Positions 54,376 through 64,000 of a stretch of 64,000 nt of DNA are shown one piece after another. How positions within the stretch are numbered: position 1 is the stretch's first letter; the number at the start of each line of letters is the position of its first letter. Source of the DNA: Daphnia carinata (lineage: Eukaryota); the NCBI RefSeq assembly GCF_022539665.2, contig NC_081331.1, positions 14,260,001 to 14,324,000 of the forward strand, in the 5' to 3' direction. The notes under the pieces were generated by a model, which saw only the letters and a list, made by a program, of their open reading frames with translations, searched no databases and was not told the DNA's origin. A program made the translations under genes and the position numbers.

Positions 54376-55404
54376 AACTGATGGTGCAGGAAGTGGAGGC
54401 GCTAGCATCGATCTTTGTAAAGCACTAACGTTGCCAAACTGGAATAAGTAACATACGATGGGCAAACTGCTTTGCCATGATGCCAATAAAATAAAACTTA
54501 AAATAAAGCATAAAAACGCAATTATAGAATTTAGAAATAATATTAACCAAAAATACAATTTTTCAGTGCCACAGCTATTAAAATACAAGGTTTTTTGACA
54601 AAAAGAAGCCTGCAGTTTGCTAATGATCGAATTTGACCACAATCGATGATAAGTTCTAGGCACCCTTCATTGGATTTATTGTTTCCTATATTGCTACATA
54701 TTAAACTAATACTGATGTATATTCTTTGCTATTTTAATTTAAAGTCATTAAAGCTTTATTCGATTTTTATTTTTCACTTTCAGGACAGCACTTCACAGTC
54801 AGAATGCCATCTGCCGGGTTAACGCTTCACCGTTTCCTCCCGTCCTGTCGATAAAAAAACAAAAACAAATATAAACAACCTCAATCTGAAGAGGAGAAAT
54901 TCATCGCATACGTCTACAAAGATACTGGCTCATTAACCAAACTAATAAATATAAACTAAAAAATAAAATAAAGAAGGCTTGTACTAATCTGTAAGCATTT
55001 GTTGTATTACGTCATGTCCCCTTAAGCAACAAGAAAGGGCATTAGTACATTTGATTATGGCCAAATAAAAGAAGAGCTTTATTTACAGTTAGCGTTGCTG
55101 TCAACTTCGAATCTAAACGAGGCGTGATTTTGAGGACGAGAGAGTAAACAAGGAATGATAGCTGGGGAGAAATGTGTGTTAGTTTTATCTGGATAAAACT
55201 GGTAAACTAATCAGTCAATATGATTTTGGTTTGAGCAATTGCACCAGAAACCAATACATTTCGCAATGGAAAGGCGATACATGTCTGAGAGATAGCAATA
55301 TAAAAAAATTCCCAAATAAATACTACAACAACAAAAAAGAAACAAGAAACAACTGGAACCAACTATCCGTTGAACTGAAAACAGTCATGGAAGGAAAAAA
55401 ACAG

Positions 55405-57931
55405 CTAGAGCAAAGTACAATCATGAAATGAGAATGGAGAAGAGCGAGCCCTATTCAAAACAGACAAGAGTTCATCTTTGAGAGAAATGACAGGAGAAGC
55501 CATTCTGGCATCGGCTACAAAATATCCAATTTCCCAACGCCAGTCGGTTTCTCTCAGCTTCCGGCAGATTCCGGCTACATAGCGTGCCACGTCGTGAAAT
55601 TGTACGGGTGGGCCTTGCTCTTGAATATAATTGAGAAGCGTCACTTTCAGGAAATGCGAATTTGGTGTGGTTGCATCCTGGACAATGTAATCGCTTTGAA
55701 CAATTAATTTCAAGAGTCGCAGGCAATACTGGAAGAGCCGATGAGACGAATGACTTAGGCAACGGGCCTCCATTGTAGCAGCGCACGGTGGAACTGTGAC
55801 GCAATTGTGTAACTGCAAGACATACAAAAAATGAAAGAATTGATTATGGTAATAGAAACAAATTATGTACCGGACGAAAATGTTCGATAATTTGATCGCG
55901 TTGAAACCAATCAGGCAACGATTCCAGGGGACGAAGGGGTCGGAATCCACTTTGATTTTCCCATCCGATGAAATGGAAGACAGGCGTTAAATCGACGCTA
56001 ATGGCCAAGCCACGGAAGGGGCTATTGCGAGCCGAACCCCACCACGTCATCCGTATATTAAGGCAAACGCGACGCAGTTCGCAATCAACAAACTGGAATC
56101 CAAGCTTGTCAGGTGAATTTGCATCCATTTCTTGCATGCAACTAAATTTAAAATTATAAACTCTAAATCATGAAATTATGATAATCAAATGAAAGCTTAC
56201 AGGACTAAGAAGAGTCGAAATTGTTCGACGTGAGCGACGTAATCTTCACCGAGAGAGATTAGTTTGTTTTTGGCCGGGAAACGACGAAAGACGATAAGGA
56301 AATCGTATTCATCTGGAAGCAGAATTTTACTGCCGTCCACGGCACTTCCAACCGGCAACACATCCAATTGCCATCCGAATTTGGTGCTCTGTTCATCTTT
56401 GATCCGCACTTGCTCCATTAATTTTTGAACCGTTTGCCGAACTGCTCGTGCAATTTGCGACGATTCGTCCACATTTTTCGCCGAATCTTCGTGAATGACA
56501 ACCGAATATTGGTCAATAATATCCTGGAGCGCTTTGGACGATCCGTTCCATTGAGAAACGTGGTTCAAAAAATCATTGGCTCTTCGTTTAATAGCTGCAC
56601 TGTGACTAATGTGATGGAAAAAATCGCTAAACAAAGACCGGCCTGTTTAAATAGAACACGCATTAGCCAAAATAACACAACGTTGCCATATTTTACGTAC
56701 CTCCTCGATATCGGAAGAATGTGTCGACAATGTAAAGTGACAAAAGATCACGGAAGCGATCGAGTTGGTGGACGTACTCCCACACTGTGTACGGTTTGGC
56801 ATAGACGCGTAATGATTTGCGTTCGCCTTTCCGTTCCATGGCCGTTAGGAGATTCTCTACCTCTGATGTCACAGTAGATGGATCGCAATACTGTTCCAGG
56901 CAACTGCGCACTGTTTCGCCGTTGATGGTCCTCACGTTGCTCTTTAAATAGGGCAAGAACAAAGTGACGTAATCGAGTCTGCCCAGGATGGCTGCAATGT
57001 GAACGACGGTGAAACCATCGGCATCAACGAGATTAACATCCGCGTTAAACCGCTGGATCAACGATTTGGCCAGTTGTCGCATGTCGGGTTTGTGAACGAG
57101 GAAGAACATGGGCGTGCGGAGTCGTCGATTTTGATGATTGACGTCGGCGCCAGCGTCGACGAGTCTCGCGATCAACCTGACCGTATCTTCTAATTTATCG
57201 GATTGGGCCCGCAGAACAGCGTAATGGATGAGAGAATGACCCATGTAATCGGACTGCGTGAAACTCATCCGCCCACGGAAGATGGAAACGGGAATCCTCC
57301 GCACAGCTGGCAGGTGTGGATTGCGCAAACTCCATAAAAGGGGCGTGCGCTGGAAATTGTCTTGAACGTCGGCAAGGGCGGGAGTGTTCAACAGCAAATA
57401 TCTCATGGCCCAGGGCGATTCGTGAAGCAAATGAAGAGGCGTGATTCCCTGGAACTGGACATTGACATTTGCACCAGCGTCGACTAGGAGCTTCAAAAGC
57501 CGAATGTAAACTTGCCGTCCACGTCGATTACGTTTGACGTGAGATCCACAAACGCAATGCAGGACGGTCCGTCCATCCGGATCCTGGACGTCGACTCTAC
57601 ACCCGACGCGTTGGACCAACAACTGGAATGCGGCCAACATTTTGTGGACGGTAGCGTAGACATTGGAGCCAATGTCGTGAAGGAGACACAGTCCCGCTTC
57701 ATCCCGTAAATCGTTGGCGTCAATCCAAGGTCTTTGTTTTAATAGCGACCACTCCAGCACATCCAAATGGATACTTTTTGCAGCCGTCCAAACAATTTCG
57801 ATTCTCCTTGCGTGATCCAGTTGAGTCCGCCATCGTTCGACCGCCTCCTGTTCATTGCGGCGCACTAGTTGCCTAAACTCTTTGTACCAACGAGGCGGCC
57901 TCAAAGGATGGTCGTCATTCACGGTGGCCAT
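55405..57931 (-). CDS. Ankyrin-repeat + Mab-21/cGAS-like nucleotidyltransferase (cGLR-type) protein
   Basis: Four exons (~57931-56701, 56642-56201, 56141-55871, 55812-55405) join in frame. ANK repeats: DPDGRTVLH, GANVN..GITPLH, RTPLL, GHSLIHYAV, DGFTVVHIAAILG. NTase motif VGSAVDGSKILLPDEYDF, third acidic residue in SVDLTPV, and Mab-21 C-lobe-like CLRLLKL...NSHFLKVTLL. Confidence 0.85.
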
Positions 57932-58757
57932 ACAGGTACAGAATGCGAGTTGCTGTGTCCTAGACGACTGCCGTTCAGGGTGATTCAAATCTATTCTAAT
58001 CACTTTCCAAAGTGATAACACGGGATCTGATGACTAGTGGCGTTCAAAGGTAAAGCCCGTAGATTTGACAGTTTTCTGTTTGTTTTATCAACATTAGGCA
58101 GTTTTCCCTTTTTCTTTACGACGTAAAAATGATTACCTTCGATTATGCCTTGTTGTTTCCGGGTTGAGGACGTCTTTCAGCGATGTGTTGCAGGTGATCC
58201 GAAAAGATAAATTGAGCAGATTGAAAAATAAATAAACGATAAACCTGATTTGAAATTCCATTGCCTATAGATATAGTTTTCGATTGTGGACGAAACAAAC
58301 AAAATAACATACAATGAAATACATACAGCCGATGTTTTTTTTCTTCATTTTGACTGGGATCTATGTACGATGATTCAATACGAATTAACATACACGAGAC
58401 GGATAGACAACTAGAATTCTTCAACCTATTTCAAGATCTAAACACGATGATATGACAAATAATAAGATTTTTTTCTAAAGGGGTGTGATGGTGGGGATTA
58501 TCGCAGTTAAAGAGTACCACATTATTTTGGAATCATTTCAAATACTTTAGAGTGGAGCTGCTAAACTACCTCGGTTCCCCTTTCTTTGAATATAATATAT
58601 AGATTTTCTTTTAGCTAGGTAATAATAATAATGAAAGAAAATCAAACTTAACAGGGGGGATCCTGCCCGTTGCGTGTGTACCTGTACGTGTGGTGATTTA
58701 AAAGGTGGTCATAATGGAATTGGACAAAGTGATGAATCTTCCCCCCCCCCCTAAACG

Positions 58758-61700
58758 CTAACTGGGCAAATCTGCGTGATCATCAGCTGATCGAGGCGGA
58801 TGGTATTGAACAGGAAGTGAAGAAGAGGCAGGTGATTGAATTTTCTCTAAAATGGCCCGAATCAAATCTGAATCGGGTTCGATTTCTTTTTCCAAGTTCG
58901 TCAGCGATTCTTGCGTTTGTTTCAAGTAGCCACTCATGGCCGATAGAGTCGATCGCCATTTGGACTCGGTGGATCGATAGAGCGTCTCTTGTTGGCGCAA
59001 AATCCTCATCCACTCTTCCGGTGACTTTGGTTGGGCTCTGCACATCAAATCCATTTTTTTTTAGAAAATTTAGATGGAAAGAAAAATTGCAAATGAAACT
59101 GACGTTAATACACGGAGATCGGCCATGTTGGCGGCTGAAAGGCAAGATGGCGGATGACGAGCTAATTCTTCGGCCAGCTGTTCCAGAGCCCAAATTTTGG
59201 AGAACAGGAAGCCGTTGGTGCATAGCAAAAGGATCAAAGAAACCAACACCACGTAAAACACCGCACTGCAACCGCCAGATGGCGACGTTGATGAAGACGG
59301 TGGGTTCGGTGAGGACGATGATGAGGAAATCGCCGTCTTGTTTAGACGTCCAGCACCGACACTAGCGCCACTTCCAGCCCCCGATTGTTTGACGCTGCCT
59401 GAAGATCGAGGGGATTCTATCAATCCTCGTTTTTCCAGGCCGTTGTCCATCATCCCGTCCTTGCGTCTCCTGTTGGCTCTCGAGTGGAGTCGTTTCTTCA
59501 CCGATGCGTTTCCGCCCATCGGTCCGACGACTCCCGCAGATCCCGTGCCAGAAGACGAAGGCAATTCGGCCCGCCTTTCGATTCTGACATCTTCAGCATC
59601 TCTCGACGATTGCATCGACAACAAATTCCGTTTCATTTGACTAAAATTCTCTTCTAAAGCGGCCCAGGCGTTCTTTTCGATGAAAGCTAAAACAAATTTC
59701 AATTAGTTAAAGAATTTGAAAAATGAATTGGGCGTTATTTACTTTTGACGATGCCCCAGACGGATTTTTTGTATTTGATTTGCGAGTAGATGACGAGACG
59801 GGACTTTCGATATCCGGAACGCATCAGACACCAATGGCAACAAACGGCAAACGTTTCAGCATACGGAATTCCGCTATTTGAAGCTTCCACGTCAATCGCA
59901 TAGAAATCACCGGCTCGGCTTACATCCAACAAAGTCTAAAAATATAAACAAAAATTTTTAATTAAAAAGATCGATTTTGTGTTATTCTAATTTTTTATCG
60001 CTCACCTGACTTTCAACTGCGCGCGTACTTTTAACGCCAATGTTGTTGTTTAATGGAATTGTAAATGCAACAGTGCGGAATTTTTCCGCTGGATTTGTTT
60101 CAGCTTCTTGCCACGGGCTCACCTGCAAATCTATTTAAAACTCCATTTAATTCAATTATTTTAAAACAAATAAAATCATATGCAAAAACCTGTGCATTTG
60201 CGTGTTGTCGTGATGAAATCAATGTAAAATGTGGAATTGGTAAAGAGGAGAGTGAACAACTCGTCGACACTCATTGGCATGACCATGTTAACCATTTCAC
60301 GGCCTTCATGGAGGACGGGACATTGAACGGCCTCGTCATTCATGTAGCGATCATCTTCCGATTCGGACGTCTCGCTGTAACGCGGAGGCACGTCGGCGTC
60401 GCCTGCATTTCCGCCACCTCCAGCAGACGGTATGTCCTTCATGATGATGACACTTGGCCCACCTCCAACAGCTGATACGCTGCTACCACCGTCACCTCCC
60501 GCACTGCTACTGATGCCCAGTGATTCTCTCCAATCTGACCCCGTCGTGTCACTTGGCAGCTAATTATTCAGAAAAATAAACATAGACCGTCATTCAGACA
60601 ATTATTTCGTTTTTTAAGGAAATTTAATTTTCAGCTGTTTAAAAAGAAGTTGGGACAACTTCCAATAAAACTCGTGGAGGGAACTAAGAAAACGGGAAAT
60701 GCGAGAAAATGACGTCATCTCCCGGTGCTTCTATTCTAATCTTGTCCCGACACTGAACATTTCTAGCGTTTGGCATGACTTGCATCCAACTTATAAAAAA
60801 GAAACCACTTGGAGCTCGTTGGCTTGATTGGATCTAAAATGGGTTCGATAGGCCGAGCTACAGAGTCAGAAATAAATAGCAGAGGGGAAACGGTGTAATA
60901 GATAAGCGACATTTTGACTAGAAAGAATTGAATGAAAGCTTCATGAAGAAGAATGAATGGCATCGTAGAAGAGCGCTTCGCCATCCATTGAAATGAGATA
61001 GAACAATTCGTCCAGAGCAGTTGCCGCCACCGTCTAATAGCCATCACATAAAAAAATAAACAACAACAACAAAATTCCTTTGAAACGCGGGATACCTGAA
61101 TTTGCGGAGGTGGTTCTACTACTGTCACATGTGAAACAGGATCATCAACGGCAATGACGACAGCAGCCGTGCATAAATGATCATGTTCTTCTGCTGTACT
61201 TTCGCTTGCGTTACTACTATTGCTATCCACGCGTTCTTCTTCTACTTCCGTGTATACACCCACTGATAACGGCAACACAAGTTGATGCGACAACACCTCG
61301 TCGCCCGTCATCTTTCACGTTTTATTGTGATGATCTATGCGTTACTGCTCGTTCGCGGCACTGGACTCGATACTCGGCGTGTCTCGCTACTATATACTAC
61401 GCCAACATCGTAAAAGAACAGACACAGAAGTAAAAAAAAATAAAAGGAGGATGTGGCTTACTCAGGTCCGTCCTTGAGAACCCGATTCGGATTGTTCTTC
61501 TTCTCCCTACTCTATTCACGCTCCTCCTTACCGAGTCCTTATTCCCGCCATTCCCTTTTCATCGTCAATTTGCATAGTTTAGAAGCATGTCGAGAGTCAC
61601 GGCAGTGAAGGACAATTTTTCAATAACACCCCAACGTAGAGAGAGGCCATCAACAATTCCAATGCGTGATGATCGACTGATTCATTATTTAAATCAACAA

Positions 61701-64000
61701 TCTCGTAGGACGGGCGCAAGCGTTTTGAATGTTGAATTTGTTGATTCTCTTCCCCCGCCCCCTACACCCACCACAATCGGATACACGCAATGTCCACTCG
61801 GTGCACGCGTACTCGAACAGCTGATCGAAATCGCCGCAGGAAACACGTGACGTCACTTAAAAAACATTTCGAAAACAAAAAACAGCGTTTTCTCAAGCTT
61901 CCAATTTGAGATGACCGACCAACCTATTAAGCGTGGGTAGAAATTTCAGGGCCGTTTCTTGCGTCGAAATATCTTAATCGCCATCTTTTTTCAAACGAAA
62001 CCGAGAACGAGTTGGGTCGATTATCGGCAATACCCTTTAATATGATTTAAGAGGGCGTTTTCAATTGAGAGCAGAGCCTTCCTAAATTGAGGAAAACGTC
62101 GAGGGCCATCTTCTTTCGTCATAGTCGTTCAAACATTCCACAGATCCTAATTTTCTATGTCTCTTACTTGCCGAAGTCGTCGCTTCAGAAAGGGATGGTC
62201 TTCCAAAAACAGGAAAAAAATAAAAGCCAACCCATCCGTGCCCTACCGGGAAACAGTAACAACCACCAGCATTAGCAATTTCAAGCTCAAACGGTTTCAG
62301 TTGGTTTGCTCGTGTGCACGCGTGCCGGACGGTGCTGTTTCTTTTTTTTTGTTTTGCTAGCCAAACTTTTCTTCTTTCGTTTTTCGGCAAAGGTGTTGAT
62401 TCCAGCCAACGCCATCTAACGGTCAGAAATGGCTTGTCATCTGTTGCTGGGGTTCGGCGACACACAGAAAGCGAGAAGTACCAACGCCATCTAACGATTT
62501 AGAAAGTGCAATGCTTCAAAGGCCATCTGTTGCTGGGACTTGAAAGCGAGAGTAACAGGCAGGCCAAACCAGATGGACGGACAGACGGACAAACATGCAT
62601 CGAGAGAGTGAGAATCAGGACCCACCTGAAGACGTCGGCTGTAGTGATGATGACGATTGCGGATGACGTTATGACTGATGGGATGGACGACGTTGCCACT
62701 GTCGTCGTCGTTGGACGTTTGGGCCGAATGCAATGACGGACTCGGTGAGCTCAGTTGCTGCAAAGAAATGGACGGTTGGACTTGATTGACTTCAGAGAGA
62801 GGAGACGCCTCGCCGGCAGAAGCGCTGACGCCGCAGACGATGGATGTAGATGTTCCAGCCTCGTCGTTGCTGCTGAAACCCAGTTCCGTTCCGTACACAG
62901 AGTGGACAAATTTCCACAATTCCTGATTGCCCAGTGGCTGCAAATGTTTTTGGGTTTTCAGGTTTGTTTCGTATTTTCCGAAAGAGGAGAAACAGAGCCA
63001 ACGACGATGACGACCACGAACGAACGATGGCGTGTGAAAAAAACATAAAATAAACCAACGAACCGAGACGGAAGCGTCGTAACCAATCAGAGATAAACGA
63101 GAGTGAGAGAAAGAAAATCATCAACGATTGTGGAGGGGGGAAAGAAGGAAGTAAAATAGAAAGCAGAATTTAAAAAACACTCGACTTTCGACTCGAACCC
63201 CTACGTAACTATGTGTTATCTTATCCTTTCTTCATTTTTTTTTTTCCCATCGTCATTGGATTTTTAACGAGGCAATTTTATCTGCGTTTCCAGAGCCCTC
63301 CGCTGTTAGCTGCACTGGCCTCAAAAACTAGCCAATAGATGGTAGTAACTGTATCGGTTGGCGAACGCTTTGTGACTTTCTTTTTTTGTTGGTGCTGATG
63401 CACCATCAATTGAGGCAAAGGGAAGCATCAAAGAGTTACAGGGATCTAGTGGTCGTAGCCTATGTATAATGCAAGTAAAAAGAAATCAATACAAACCTGA
63501 TCAAGAAGAGCTTGCTGCCAAGTTCTGAAGAGGACGACGTACGTCTTGTCGCGGGCACCGAAGGAACAGAAGAAATGCTTGTCCGTCTCCGTACAAATTT
63601 GGATGGCGTTGGGGATCACCAGGGCCGTCTTCTCCTTTGTCAGCGAAGACACTTCCTTCCAACGAAGTTGAACCTAGGTTGTTTAAAACCAAACAAAGAG
63701 GAGAAAAAATGAATCAGATTAATGGGAATCAATAAATCACGATTGATTTTTCTTTCTTTTATTATTCATGTTGGAAAATCTAAAAAATATTTTACCAGCG
63801 TCTCCCAGCGAAAAATATTGGCGTAGAAACAGAGATAATTTTGTGTGACGTAAATGCGACCCTGCAATAAAATGTCGCGTTGCAGTGCGCACGAATAATC
63901 GACAATCAATCGCTCGTCCACGGGCAAATCTTTGAAAATTCGTTTGAAATCCTCGCAACGTGAACGGTACGTTGGATTTAACATTTGGTACCAGGCAGAC
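58758..64000 (-). CDS. GRAMD1: GRAM domain-containing protein 1 / Aster sterol transporter (GRAM, VASt, TM, coiled coil), 5'-partial
   Basis: GRAM: LNPTYRSRCEDFKRIFKDLP..ERLIVDYSCALQRDILLQGRIYVTQNYLCFYANIFRWET and TKEKTALVIPNAIQI. VASt: VDELFTLLFTNS, NSGIPYAETF, IKYKKSVWGIVK and FIEKNAW. Also a TM helix and C-terminal EEWMRILRQQE. Internal exons at 60.5-62.9 kb are uncertain. Confidence 0.93.

Overview
Eukaryotic, gene-dense DNA with mostly ~55-80 nt GT-AG introns. Gene content and style suggest a branchiopod crustacean, probably Daphnia (inference only). Left part (1-32.2 kb): the 3' end of an ER-type protein gene, RNF113A/Cwc24, a dve/SATB-like double-homeodomain gene with long non-coding flanks and an apparent +1 frameshift in homeodomain 1, an acid lipase, a TPR/Sel1/MYND-like gene and an FBXO21-like gene. 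Middle (32.3-45.5 kb): a repeat island with no intact gene I can identify. It holds a solo LTR, foldback palindromes and two back-to-back units bounded by one family of inverted termini (TATGGCAATCCGTTTTAC...). The cargo comprises a decayed, intron-containing vasa copy, decayed unknown genes, five tRNA-like motifs and three copies of a hairpin-rich module, two of which form a ~590 bp near-perfect inverted repeat. Right part (45.6-64 kb): C8orf82-like, WDR37, a small unknown protein, CMC1, RWDD1, RpS5 (with a candidate intronic H/ACA guide hairpin), an ankyrin-repeat + Mab-21/cGAS-like nucleotidyltransferase (cGLR-type) gene with intact catalytic motifs, and a 5'-partial GRAMD1/Aster gene. All calls come from manual reading; no searches were run.
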